From Bryobacterales bacterium (GTDB lineage: Bacteria > Acidobacteriota > Terriglobia > Bryobacterales > Bryobacteraceae), in the NCBI GenBank assembly GCA_963742155.1, contig CAVUKY010000004.1:60183-124182 (forward strand): 64,000 nucleotides of DNA, written 5' to 3'. Both the position numbers and the translations under genes were made by a program. Shown here one piece after another: positions 21,012-33,058 of this stretch (position 1 is the stretch's first letter; each line of letters starts with the position of its first letter). The notes under the pieces are model-generated. The model was not told the DNA's origin and did no database searches. It saw nothing but the letters and a program-made list of their open reading frames with translations.

Positions 21012-21845
21012 TCAATGGAGTTGAGCCAGCTCTTGCGCGTAAAGCCGGTTGTGAGGGAATTCGCGCGCCAACGCGCCCAGCAGATCGCGCGCCTTGGGAA
21101 TGTCCTTACTGCGCAGCGCCGCCACGGCCAGCAGGAGCCGGGCGTAGGGAGACAAGTAGCGGCCTTTCTCAGCGGTTAAACGCAAATTCTGTACGCCTTT
21201 GTCGCGATCAGTCTCGGCGCCACCAGCCTGCAATATCCAACGCACCGGCGCGGGCTTCAAGCTGAACAGGTAGTTTTCGACTCCAACCGCGAGATACGCG
21301 TCGTAGTAATTCGGCTGGAGCATGAGCAGCTTTTCGGCGGTGGCGCGGCTGTCTTTGATGACTCGCATGGCGTCGAAATCACGCCGTTCGATCAGCGCCT
21401 CATAGTCGGCGCGCAGGCCCAGCGTCAGGATTCTTGCGAAAAGCGCGTCGGCATCGTCGGGCGAGCCCTCCAGGATTTTATCGGAGAGCTTTGCGGATTT
21501 GTCCAGCTCCCGATCGAAAGCCTGGCGCACCGTGGGGTCGGCCGTGACCTTGGGGCGTCGATGGAACATTCCGCTGTCGACGAAGAATTCCGAGTGAAGG
21601 ATGTTCAGGCGGTCGAATTCAGCGAACAGGTACGCGGCGGCGTTCGAAACCGGCCCCATTGGGTCAGCGGGGTGCTCGCGCTCCCATTGCGCGAAAGTCT
21701 TGTGCGCCTCGTCGAAGTTGAGATTGTACATCTGGCGGTAGCCGCGGTCGATGACGGGATTGAGCGTAGGCTCAGAAAGGTTGGGATCCGCGCTGGCTGC
21801 GGCGGCAAGGATCGCGAAGATCACGAGGCGAATCATCATACTCAA
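21012..21845 (-). CDS. Exported hypothetical protein (signal peptide, helical-repeat-like)
   Basis: Intact ORF of 277 aa. N-terminus MSMMIRLVIFAILAAAASA. The amino-acid composition looks like a real protein. No catalytic motif was recognised. Confidence 0.55.
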   Translation of the reverse strand: MSMMIRLVIFAILAAAASADPNLSEPTLNPVIDRGYRQMYNLNFDEAHKTFAQWEREHPADPMGPVSNAAAYLFAEFDRLNILHSEFFVDSGMFHRRPKVTADPTVRQAFDRELDKSAKLSDKILEGSPDDADALFARILTLGLRADYEALIERRDFDAMRVIKDSRATAEKLLMLQPNYYDAYLAVGVENYLFSLKPAPVRWILQAGGAETDRDKGVQNLRLTAEKGRYLSPYARLLLAVAALRSKDIPKARDLLGALAREFPHNRLYAQELAQLH

Positions 21846-21893
21846 GTGCTAAGCACGCGCGGGGCCGGAGCTCTATCCAGCGGCATTCGAATT

Positions 21894-23250
21894 TTATCCT
21901 GCCGCAGGGACTTCCTGTCCGACGTCGGTACTTACCTGGACGTCGGGAATCTCGATGCCGGTACGGGTACCTTCGCCCGGCTTGCTGTCGATCCACATGC
22001 GGTAATCGGGCCCGTACAGCACTTTCATACGCTCATTTACGTTACTCACTCCGATGCCCTGCTCGAATAGCGTGGCCAGGCGAGCCTCCGGGATTCCGAC
22101 GCCATCGTCCTCCACCACCAGGTGCAGGCGGCCGTCGGCCAGGTAGCTGCGCACGCGGATCATGCCGCCATCCACTTTGGTGGCCAGCCCGTGCCGGATG
22201 CTGTTCTCGATCAGCGGCTGCAGCAGCATGCTGGGCACCAGCCGGTCCAGCGTCTGGGGATCGATTTCCTTGATGAAGCGCAGCTTCTCGCCGAAGCGCA
22301 CCATCTCGATGGTCATGTAATTGTCGATGAAAGCCAGCTCCTCGCGCAGGGGCGTGAGATTGTCGGTCTTGCGCAGCAGCCGGCGCAGAATACTCGAAAG
22401 GCGATAGACCACGCTGCGCGCCTGCTCGGGATTGGTGCGGATCAGCGACGAGACCGAATTGAGCGTGTTGAACAGAAAGTGCGGATTGATCTGGCTGGTG
22501 AGCGCGGCCAGGCGCGCCTCGTTCAAGCGCAGTTGCTGCGCTTCCAGCTTCTTTTCGTTGCGCGTGTTGTTCCAGATCTTGAGCGGGATCATCACGGCGA
22601 ACACCGTGCTGGCGTAGACCGCCACATGCTAACCCAGTGGGTTTCATTCCAGATAGGCGCGAGAAATACGCCGTCCCTTATGAGGCAGAGACTTGACTTC
22701 CACTGCGCAGCAGTCCGCTGAAGATGATGCTGAACAGGCAGCCTAATTGAAACAGAAGCCGAAGCTGATAGGGCCGCTGCCGCAGCCGGCGCGGGATGCA
22801 GGCTGAAGATCAACATGGGCGAAAAGCGCCAGACATCTTCCTTCTCCGGCGCCAGGTCCCGCAGCAATCCGCCCAGCACGCCCACCCCGGCGAACAGCAG
22901 CATGGTCATCAGCTCGTCCGTGGACAGACGGCGGGAATCGAGATCAAGATGCCCGAAAGCAGGCCCGTGACGTAGCCGCCCACCATGCCGGACAGCAGGC
23001 TGCCCTCCAGGCCCAGATCCACGGCGTCGTACTTGGCGGGATTCAGCACGCGGAACAGCACGCTGGCGCCGTACACCGCCCAGAACATCAGGGCCAGCTT
23101 GACGCGCTGCACCAAAGTCCGATCCTCGCGCATCAACATCCTCTGGAACGCGCTGAAGCGCGAAAGGATGCTGGCCAGCGACGCCGCCACCGCCACCCGC
23201 AGCAGCAGGGTCAACAGTTGTTGGGGTTCCATGGGGGCGCCTGGGGTCAT
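21894..23250 (-). CDS. LytS/YehU-type sensor histidine kinase, frame-disrupted (about 3 breaks)
   Basis: The multi-TM N-terminus is in ORFs 22909..23250 and 22592..23344. ORF 21894..22625 carries QINPHFLFNTLNS (His_kinase family) and HATPase boxes ENSIRHG, DDGVGI and GIGVSNV. No LytTR regulator is adjacent. Confidence 0.75.
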
Positions 23251-23288
23251 TATAATGAATAGAATTCGACTCCTCGATTGCCGAACCC

Positions 23289-23879
23289 ATGCTCAGTAAA
23301 GTCGCCGAAGCGAATTTTCCCAGCCGATTCGGCCATTTCCGCATTTATGGCTTCGAAGGCTCGTATGGCCAGGATGTGGAAGAATGCGTGGTGCTGCGCA
23401 TGGGCGATATTGCCTCTGGCGAGCCGCCGCTGGTGCGCATCCATTCGCAATGCCTGACCGGCGACGTGTTCCATAGCCTGCGCTGCGACTGCCGGTCGCA
23501 ACTGGAACTGTCGCTGAACCTGATCGCCGAAGAGGGCCGCGGGCTGCTGATTTACGAGCACCAGGAAGGCCGCGGCATCGGGCTGCTGAACAAGCTGCGC
23601 GCCTACGAACTGCAGGACGGCGGCGCCGACACCGTGGAGGCCAACGAGCGCCTGGGCTTTGAGGCCGACCTGCGCGACTATCGGATGCCCGCCGACATTC
23701 TGCGCTATTTCAAGATCAAGAGCGTGCGCCTGCTGTCGAACAATCCGGACAAGATCGCGGCGCTGGAGAACGCCGGGATCCGGGTGGCGGAGCGCATTCC
23801 GTGCATCATCGCGCCGCACGAATCGACGGAAGGGTACCTGAGGACGAAGAAGCAGAAGATGGGGCATTTGCTGGATTAA
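23289..23879 (+). CDS. ribA: GTP cyclohydrolase II
   Basis: Intact ORF of 196 aa. It has VRIHSQCLTGDVFHSLRCDCRSQL (zinc site), YEHQEGRGIGL and LLSNNPDK. Confidence 0.9.
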   Translation: MLSKVAEANFPSRFGHFRIYGFEGSYGQDVEECVVLRMGDIASGEPPLVRIHSQCLTGDVFHSLRCDCRSQLELSLNLIAEEGRGLLIYEHQEGRGIGLLNKLRAYELQDGGADTVEANERLGFEADLRDYRMPADILRYFKIKSVRLLSNNPDKIAALENAGIRVAERIPCIIAPHESTEGYLRTKKQKMGHLLD

Positions 23880-23882
23880 TAT

Positions 23883-23965
23883 CGGCGTTCATCCGTGTTG
23901 ATCGGCGGCCAACAATTTGTTCGGTGAAGCCTTAATGGCCACAGATGAACGCGGATTAACGCGGA
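23883..23965. repeat. REP-like inverted pair between convergent genes
   Basis: GCGTTCATCCGTG (23885-23897) faces CACAGATGAACGC (23941-23953), followed by GGATTAACGCGGAT. In the spurious ORF 23876..24733 this translates as ALIRVHLW, a pseudo-peptide I recognise from dispersed repeats in several soil phyla (recollection, not verified). Confidence 0.5.
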
Positions 23966-24090
23966 TAAGAAATTCGCGTCTGAACACGGCGTGGAGAGCC
24001 AGTCGCGAACTTCCCGTATGGCGCGCTCTGGCTCTCCCGCGTGAGCCCGGATATCCTGACCGGAGATATCGGGGAATAAAGGTACGGTAA

Positions 24091-25070
24091 CTACGCTCGG
24101 GCGAATTCTCGAGCGAAAACGGCCTCCAGCGCGCCGTCGCCGCGCTCTTGGATGATGCCTTCCACGCGTGCCAGCACGGCTTCGTCGCGTGCATAGAACG
24201 CCAGGCCGGCCAGCGCATCGGCGGCTACGGGGCCGCTTTCGTCCCCTAAACGGCTCAACAGGAACTCCAGCGCTTCGTCGATTCTGAGCATCGCGATCGC
24301 AACCAGCAGCGTCCGCCGCTGCTCCGCCGGGCCACCCCGTTCCCAAGCGTCGCGCAACACCTCGAACGCCGCCGCCTGCCGCGATTCGCCCAGCGCCAGC
24401 GCGGCCTGTTCGCCGATTCCCTCCGCGCTGGAATTCAGGAACTTGCGCGACGAACTCGACCGAGCGCGCCGGATCCAGACTCAACAGGGACGCGAAGCAC
24501 TCGCCGGTGACTTCAATTTCCTTGTCGCCCAGCAAGGTCTTCAGCCGCAGCAGCAAGACGCCTTCCGGACGCCCGGCGTCGGCGATGGCGCGAATGGCGC
24601 CGGTGCGCGCCGCGATCTCAGGATCGGCCAGCAGCGTGACGCATTCGAGCAAAGCATCGGGATGCCCCATCCGCGCCAGACCTCGAGCGCACAAACCTCT
24701 GAGCGGCGCGGCTGCATCCACCGGGCGGTCCAAAGCTGCCCTCCCTCTGGACGTGGCGAATCCCGGCGAAATAGACCTTTGCGGCGGCGTCCTCCAATTG
24801 AATCAGCGCCTGGACGATGGCCGTTGTGGCTTTGCAGCCTGGATCCAGTTTGGCGGGGTCGTGCATGAGCCTCTCGAAGGCCTGCACCAGGTCCGGGGCC
24901 AGTGCGCTGGCTTCCAGGTGCTCGGCTGCGCCGGCCGCGGCAGCCACCGCGTGGTTGCTTTTGTGGCGCAAGAATGGCGCGAGATCGCGCTTCAGGTCGT
25001 AGTTCTCCGGCGACTGGCGGATGGCATGGACAGCGGCCATGGCATCTTCGGTAGGTGGGGCTTTCGGCAC
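24091..25070 (-). CDS. HEAT-repeat protein, frame-disrupted (2 breaks)
   Basis: ORFs 24618..25070, 23876..24733 (middle part only) and 24091..24360 join. There are repeated helical units with ARxxAxxALGxxG-type spacing (RGLCARGLARMGHPDAL, RTGAIRAIADAG). Confidence 0.55.
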
Positions 25071-25113
25071 AAGGCAATTATGACCTTTAAATCAATAGCT
25101 TACAAAGCTTTCT

Positions 25114-25827
25114 TTGTATCCAATTGAATCTGCACGTGGAAGACGATTTCGCGTCAACGATAGTGTGACCCGAATAGCGCCCTGGGTGTGTCTTTCTTTG
25201 GTATTGGCTGCGGCGATGGGCGCCTGCCCGCCCCTGCAGGCCGCGGATCTCAACACGCTTCTGAAGGGCGTAGAGCAGCGCTACAACCGGGCCAAGACGC
25301 TGGAAGTGCATTTCGTGGAGTCCTACACGGTGCAAGGCCGGGCGCGGAAGAGCGAATCGGGCGAACTGACTCTGCGCAAGCCGGGCCGCATGCGTTGGGA
25401 TTACACCGGCCCCTCGGGCAAGCTTTTCGTCTCCGATGGCAAGGACGTCTACCTTTACACGCCCGAAGCGCACCGGGTGGAGAAAACCAAGCTCAAGGCC
25501 AGCGAAGACATGCGCGCGCCGCTGGCGTTCCTGCTGGGCAAGCTGGATTTCGCCAAGGAATTTCGCGACTTCGACGTGAAGCCGGAGGGTGCGAACTACT
25601 TGATCACGGCCAAAGCCAAGAGCGATAAGTTTCCCTACGAGCAGGTCCAGATGCTGGTGACGCCCGATTATCGAGATCCAGCGCCTGGTCATCAACATGC
25701 AGGACATGTCGCTGCTCACGTTCCAGTTGGACGGCGAGAAGCTGAATCCACCGGTCAACGATGCCGTGTTCAAGTTCCAGATGCCCGCCGGGGCCGACTC
25801 TGGTGGACGCCGGAGGGGAGCGACTAA
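25114..25827 (+). CDS. LolA-like outer-membrane lipoprotein carrier family protein, frame-disrupted (2 or more breaks near 25675-25800)
   Basis: Signal peptide VCLSLVLAAAMGA. LolA-like block LLKGVEQRYNRAKTLEVHFVESY...GELTLRKPGRMRWDY...LFVSDGKDVYLYTP. The C-terminus FKFQMPAGA is in another frame (ORF 25697). The exact stop is ambiguous. Confidence 0.65.
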   Translation: MYPIESARGRRFRVNDSVTRIAPWVCLSLVLAAAMGACPPLQAADLNTLLKGVEQRYNRAKTLEVHFVESYTVQGRARKSESGELTLRKPGRMRWDYTGPSGKLFVSDGKDVYLYTPEAHRVEKTKLKASEDMRAPLAFLLGKLDFAKEFRDFDVKPEGANYLITAKAKSDKFPYEQVQMLVTPDYRDPAPGHQHAGHVAAHVPVGRREAESTGQRCRVQVPDARRGRLWWTPEGSD

Positions 25828-27035
25828 TGGCGGAATTCGTTCTGAAATACGCCGACCCGCGCGGCGAAATGCACCAGCAGGTGGCCGAAGCCGGCTCGGA
25901 AAGGGAACTGCGCGACCGTTATTCCCAGCAGGGCTTTCTGATCTACTCCATCAAGCCGCGCCGCGAGATTGCGGGCATGGCCATCGGCGGCGGCAAGAAG
26001 AAGATCAACCTGGAGAAGTTCCTGATCTTCAACCAGCAGTTCGTCACGCTGATCCGCGCCGGGCTGCCGATTTTGAAGGCGCTGGACCTGCTGTCCGAGC
26101 GCCTCACCGATCCCAAGCTGGCGCCGCACATCAAAGCCGTGCGCGACGAGGTGAAGAACGGCTCGCTGCTCTCCGACGCGTTCGCGCGGCAGGGCGTGTT
26201 TCCGCCCATCTACGTCACGTCGGTGCTGGCGGGCGAGAAGAGCGGCGCGTTGGGCGAAGTGCTGGACCGTTTTATCACCTACCAGAAGCTGGCGCTGGCG
26301 CGTGCGCAAGAAGCTGATGGTGTCGCTGATGTATCCCTGCCTGCTGATCGTGCTGGTGATCTGCCTGATGGTGTTCCTGATCACTTTCGTGGTGCCGAAC
26401 TTCGCCGAGCTGTACAGCAGCATGTCGGCGCAACTGCCGGCGGCCACGCAGATCCTGATCGCCATCGGCACCACGGCGCGCAGCTACATTCTGTTCGGGT
26501 TTGTGGGCCTGGTGCTGGCGGCGATGGCGTTCCGCTTTTGGGCGAAAACGCCCGAAGGGCGAGGAGCGAGTGGATCGCTGGCGGCTGAGGGTGCCGGTGG
26601 TGGGCGAGATCTGGATCAAATACCAGGTGGCGCAATTCGCGCGCGTGCTGGGCACGCTGCTGGTGGGCGGCATTCCGCTGCTGCAGGCCCTGGACACGGC
26701 GTCCAGCTCGCTGGGCACGCGGCTGCTGAAAAACAGCCTGGCGGAGGCCGGCAAGAGGGTGAGGGAGGGCCAGGCGCTGTCGGGATCGCTGCAGAAAACG
26801 GGCATCTTTCCCGGGCTTTCCATCGACATGATCGAAGTGGGGGAATCCACCGGCGCGCTGCCGCAAATGCTGGCCAGCGTGGCGGAATTTTACGAGGACG
26901 ACGTCAACACCCGGATGACGGCGGCGCTGTCGCTGATCGAGCCGGCCATCATGATTTGCATGGGCTGCTTTCGTGACGTTCGTGTTGGTGGCGCTTTATC
27001 TGCCGATCTTCTCGTTGGCGGATACGTTGAAATGA
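25827..27035 (+). CDS. pilC: Type IV pilus/T2SS inner-membrane platform protein (GspF/PilC family), frame-disrupted (3 breaks)
   Basis: ATG 25827 starts MAEFVLKYADPRGE. There are two T2SSF repeats (FNQQFVTLIRAGLPILKALD, AQFARVLGTLLVGGIPLLQALD). The pieces are ORFs 25761, 26302 and 26501. The C-terminus ALYLPIFSLADTLK ends at TGA 27033-27035. Confidence 0.85.
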
Positions 27036-27043
27036 GAAAGACA

Positions 27044-27131
27044 AGAATACAGAAGTCAGAATCCAGAATCCAGAATGGGGAAGAGACCTCGTGGCGTGAT
27101 TCTAATTCTCGAATTCTGAATTCTGAATTCT
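27044..27131. repeat. Imperfect inverted repeat built from tandem heptamers, between pilC and pilB
   Basis: The left arm AGAATACAGAAGTCAGAATCCAGAATCCAGAAT (27044-27076) faces the right arm ATTCTAATTCTCGAATTCTGAATTCTGAATTCT (27099-27131). The outer 19 nt pair at 17 of 19 positions by hand. Confidence 0.7.
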
Positions 27132-27143
27132 CTGGAGGTTTCC

Positions 27144-28767
<1,624 letters not shown>

Positions 28768-28774
28768 GGCACGC

Positions 28775-29651
28775 ATGAGCGCTCTCGCCAATCTGTTGCA
28801 AGATCCGCCGCCCACCCACGCCTTCGAGCTTTCCGAGGAGGGCCTCGCCTTCGCGCCCGTGTCCCAGCCGGCGCTGGCGGAATTCGCGCGCTTCGAACCT
28901 GGCGTGCTGCTGGTTTCGCCGCTGCACGACAATATCCAGCAGCCGCAGGTTCTGCTGGATCACATTCAGTCGCTCGCGCCCGCGAACGGCCATCGCAAAC
29001 GGCGCGCCGCCGTGATTTTGCCGGATTACTGCGCCCGCGTGGCGGTGCTCGATTTCGATACGTTTCCCGTCCGACCCGGAAGAGCAGCAGGCCCTGGTCC
29101 GTTTTCGTCTGAAAGAAGAGCGTGCCGTTCGAAGTGGACACCGCGGTGGTGAGTTACGTCGAGCAGCCTCGTCCGGCGCGAAAGTGGAAATACTGGCCGC
29201 GGTGATGTCGTCCGATATCGTCGTCCAGTATGAAGCGCCCTTTCGCGCGGCCGGCTTTCATCCGGGCCTGGTAACCACGTCGTCGCTCGCGGCGCTCAAT
29301 CTGCTGGCTCCGGACGGCATCACTTTGCTGGTCAAACTGAGCGGGCGGGTTCTTTCGGTGCTGGTGCTCCAGGAGAGCGCGGTGAACCTGGCGCGCTGCA
29401 TCGAAATGGAGGGCGGCCGGCTGGAGGACATTGAGTCCGTCCTGCATCCCACCATCGCCTACATCGAAGACGAGTTGAAAGCGCGTCCCAAGCAGATTTG
29501 GCTGGCTGGATTCGGACCGGGGAATGGAGCAACTGGCGCCACGCTGGGAGAACGAGTGGGGAGTGGCCGTGCAGGGCATCCGCTCGCGGTTTGGACAGCC
29601 TGGACAAGGGCAACGTCGGGTCTGCTCGGATACCTGGAGTCATTGAGTTAG
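28775..29651 (+). CDS. pilM: PilM/GspL-like pilus assembly protein, frame-disrupted (2 breaks)
   Basis: ORFs 28775..29152 and 29184..29651 join. It carries AAVILPDYCARVAVLDFDTFP followed (shifted) by SDPEEQQALVRFRLKKSVPFEVDTAVVSY, a pattern typical of PilM-like proteins. It sits directly after pilB. Confidence 0.55.
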
Positions 29652-29668
29652 GCTATGGCGGCATAAAA

Positions 29669-30248
29669 ATGGCGTTGCGAGTACCCATCAATCTTGCGAG
29701 CGAACCGTTCCGGCGGGACCGGGCGCTGCTGGTGGGCTCGGCAGCGCTGGCCGTCGTGCTGAGCTTGCTGCTGATCTACCAGGTGGTCGCGACATTGTGT
29801 CGGAGCGGCATCAAGCGGCCGACATTCGTATCGCGATAGACCGCCAGAACGCGCGGCTGCAGGTCCATCGCGGCCCAGCAAGCCAAGCTGAACGCCACGC
29901 TCCGCAGGCCGGAAAACGCCGAGGTTCTGGAGCGCAGTCTCTTTCTGAACACCCTGATCGAACGCAAGGCCATCAGCTGGACCAAGATCTTCGCCGATCT
30001 CGAGAAAGTGATGCCGTACAACGTTCGGCTGGTCTCGGTGCGGCTGCCCGAGGTGGATTCGAACAACCAGGTTCTGCTCGACATGGTGGTGGGCGCGAAA
30101 GACGTCCCGCCGATTCTGGAACTGTTGTAAGCGTCTGGAAGGGTCGCCGCAGTTTGGCAACACCAGCGTGCAATCGTCGGCGCCGCCTTCGCAAACCGAT
30201 CCGTTCTTTCGCTATCACGTCACGGTGACTTATGCCCAGAAGCTTTAA
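29669..30248 (+). CDS. pilN: PilN-like fimbrial assembly protein, frame-disrupted (about 3 breaks)
   Basis: N-terminus MALRVPINLASEPFRRDR with a TM helix (ALLVGSAALAVVLSLLLIY). A coiled segment follows, then ISWTKIFADLEKVMPYNVRLVSVRL. The tail FFRYHVTVTYAQKL ends at TAA 30246-30248. Confidence 0.55.
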
Positions 30249-30852
30249 CGTGGGGAGAGGCTCTAACGTGGGGAGACGCTTTAACGCGTGGCCGCCCAAC
30301 AATCCGCGCGCGCTGATCCGCCTGGGGCTGGGCGTTCTGGCGGCAGCCAATCTGGTGGCGCTGTATTTTGTGATTCGTCCCATTGGCGGTTCGGCTCAGG
30401 AGCTGGCGCAGCAGGCGCTGGACATGCGCTCGGCGATCCGGCAGCAGCAGGGCGTGCTGGACCGGACGCGGCTGCTGGCGAGCAAGATTCAAAGCGGGCG
30501 CGGCGAAGGCGACAAGTTCATGAGCAACTTATTTCCTGCCGCGCCGGACCGCCTACTCCACAATCATGGCTGAACTGAACGATCTGGCCGGGCCAGGCTA
30601 AGATCACTCTCGCGCGATAGCGCCTGGGCTCTGGACGCGGTGGACGGGAGCGATACCCTGGATATGATGCAGATCTCGGCTAATTTTGAGGGCCTGTATC
30701 CGGATCTGATCCATTTCATCAATCTGCTGGACAAGTCGGACCGGCTGCTGATCATTGAGAGCCTCAACGCGACGCCGCAACAATCCGGCGGGCGGCTAAA
30801 CGTGATGCTGAAGCTGGACACATTCGTGCGGGAGGACGGATCGGCGCAATGA
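30232..30852 (+). CDS. pilO: PilO-like pilus assembly protein, frame-disrupted (1-2 breaks)
   Basis: ORFs 30232..30573 and 30640..30852 join. It has a TM helix (LIRLGLGVLAAANLVALYFVI), a coiled region, and the C-terminal block ISANFEGLYPDLIHFINLLDKSDRLLIIESLN typical of PilO. Confidence 0.5.
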
Positions 30853-31560
30853 ACGTGATGCCGTCCAAAGTGGGGGCCGACCCGAAGAAGATCGCCATAC
30901 TGGCGGGTCTGGTTGCGGTCGCTGGGTATTTCTACTTTTACAACAGCAATTCGAGCGAAGGCTCTGGTTCCGCACCCGTCGCCAGCCGCGACCCCGGTGG
31001 CCGCTTCTTCGCAGCAGCAGCGCCAGGGTCGACGGCCCGATCCACGTACCGCGACAGTGCAGCAATCGGCCAGCAGGCGCTCGGGAATTCAGGCCGTCCT
31101 TGAAGCCCAAGAATATCGATACCGCGAGTATCGATCCGACCTTGCGGCTGGATCTGCTCGCGAAGGTGAAGAACTGTGGCGGTGGAAGGCGGCACGCGCT
31201 CGCTCTTTGAGATCGGCGCCGCACCGCCGGAGGAGAGCGCGGTAAAGGAGCCGGATAAGATCGCGATCGCTCCGAACGTTAGTCGGTCCGGTGATGCCCA
31301 AGCCCGTGGAGCCGCCGCCCGAGCCCAAGGCGCCGCCCATCCCGCTCAAATTCTATGGCTTCGTCAACAAAACCAAGGTTGGGGACAAGCGCGCCTTCTT
31401 TCTGGATGGCGAAGATATCGTCATCGCGGCCGAAGGCGACACGATCAAGAAGCGCTACAAGATTGTTCGCATCGGCGTGAATTCGGCGGTGGTGGAAGAC
31501 ACCGAGTTTAAGAGCAACAATCAGCAAACATTGCCGCTGGAAGCGGAGATGGCCGGATGA
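30849..31560 (+). CDS. PilP/GspC-like protein (TM anchor, disordered linker, C-terminal beta domain), frame-disrupted (about 3 breaks)
   Basis: N-terminus MNVMPSKVGADPKKIAILAGLVAVAGYFYF. C-terminus (ORF 31291..31560) LKFYGFVNKTKVGDKRAFFLDGEDIVIAAEGDTIKKRYKIVRIGVNSAVVED. There are ATGA overlaps with both neighbours. Confidence 0.45.
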
Positions 31561-33045
31561 AGCGCCGCAGCCTCAAGAAATGCCACGGCGAGTCCGGTTT
31601 TGCGATGCTGCTGGTATTCGTGATGGCCGCGGCCATCGCGATCACGCTGTACATCGAAGTGCCGCGCATCGCCTTTGAATCGCAGCGCACCCGGGAGCAG
31701 ATGGCCATCGATCGCGGCTTGCAATATGAGCGCGCCATCCAGCTTTTCTACCGGAAGTACCGCACCTATCCGCAGACGCTGGACGATCTGGAGACCATCG
31801 CGCAACATACGATTCCTGCGCCATCGCTTCCTGGATCCATTGACCGGCAAAGATTGGCGTTTGCTGCATGTCGGGCCGGCCGGACAACTCACCGATTCGC
31901 TGATCCAGCCTGCGGCTCCGCTTCCGGGCAGCAGTACCGGCAGCGGTCTGAATGCGCAAGGCTCGTCGCAGACTTCCAGCTCTTCACTGACCGCCAGCGG
32001 TTTTTCACAGACCGGCAACTCATCGCAGAGCTCGAATTCGTCATCTAATTCGTCGCAGTCTAATTCAAACCAGCCGGCCGATCCCAATGATCCCAACGCG
32101 CAGCCCCCCGATCCATTGAACATGGCGTTGCGAAGGCCGAGCGACCGCATCATCGGAAGGGGTGGAGCGCCTGGCGGCTTCGTCGGCGGTGTACCTGGGG
32201 GCGATCCCGGCCCCGAGCAGCCACCAGAGCCGGATCCCAATCAGCCCCAGCAACCGTTTCAGCCGCAGTTTCCGGGTCAGCCGGGCCAGCCAGTGCAGCC
32301 GCTATATCCGGGTCAGCCGGTGCAACAGCCGGGTCAGCCGGTGCAGCTGCCGGGAGATCCTAACCAGCCGTTTCAACCTGGCCAGCCGCCCCAAGATCCC
32401 TCACTGCCTGTGATCCCCGGCGAGCCGCCGATTCCAGGACAGCCTGTGGGTCCCCAGGATCCGACGCAGCCTGGACAACCGGCACAACCTCCGTCGCCAT
32501 ATCCGCCCGGTCTGCCGCCGCCGGGAGTAAATCCGGGCCAGACGCCCTTTCAGCCAACCACGGGTCAACCGCCAGGATTCGCTTCAGGGCAATTCGCTGC
32601 GGGACCACCCATTGGGCCACCCCCAGCCGCGGGCCAGCAACAACAGAACGCGGCTAACCTGATCCAGCAGATCCTCACCACGCCGCGGCAGCCTCCATCC
32701 TCGGTGGCCGGATTTACCACCGGAAATACGGGAGGGATCGCCGGCGTCGCAAGCACGGCGGAAGGCAAGGGAATCCACGTGATCAACGACCATGCCAAGT
32801 ACAAAGAGTGGGAGTTTGTTTACGACTTGAAGAAGGACAAGACCGTAGTGGGCGCCGCGGCGGTGAACGCACAACAGAACGTGCAGCAGCAAATGCAGCA
32901 GAACCAAAGCGGGACTAACAGTCCTTTTGGAAACTCGGGGTTCGGGAGCAATTCGCCGAGTTCGAGTCCGTTCAGTTCCTCGCCGACGAGCTCACCGAGC
33001 CCGGCGGCGCCGGCAGCCCCGACCACAGCGCCGCCTCCGCAGTAG
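31557..33045 (+). CDS. Pseudopilin-like protein (GspG-type N-terminal domain) with a long S/N- and P/Q/G-rich low-complexity region, frame-disrupted (1 break near 31800)
   Basis: ORF 31557..32048 starts MKRRSLKKCHGESGFAMLLVFVMAAAIAITLY, a class III signal-peptide-like sequence with Leu rather than Glu at +5. It continues RGLQYERAIQLFYRKYRTYPQTLDDLE. ORF 31675..33045 continues RFLRHRFLDPLTGKDWRLL, then the low-complexity region, then GIHVINDHAKYKEWEFVYDLKKDK. Confidence 0.6.
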
Positions 33046-33058
33046 GCGGGGGACACGC

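Noticed and set aside
23251-23288. FMN riboswitch upstream of ribA
   Set aside because: Only about 38 nt separate ribA from the divergent kinase gene. That is too short for an RFN element, and no conserved RFN motifs are visible.
32075-32640. P/Q/G-rich region as a collagen-like triple-helix domain
   Set aside because: There is no sustained Gly-X-Y periodicity. Glycines occur irregularly within PGQP-type units.
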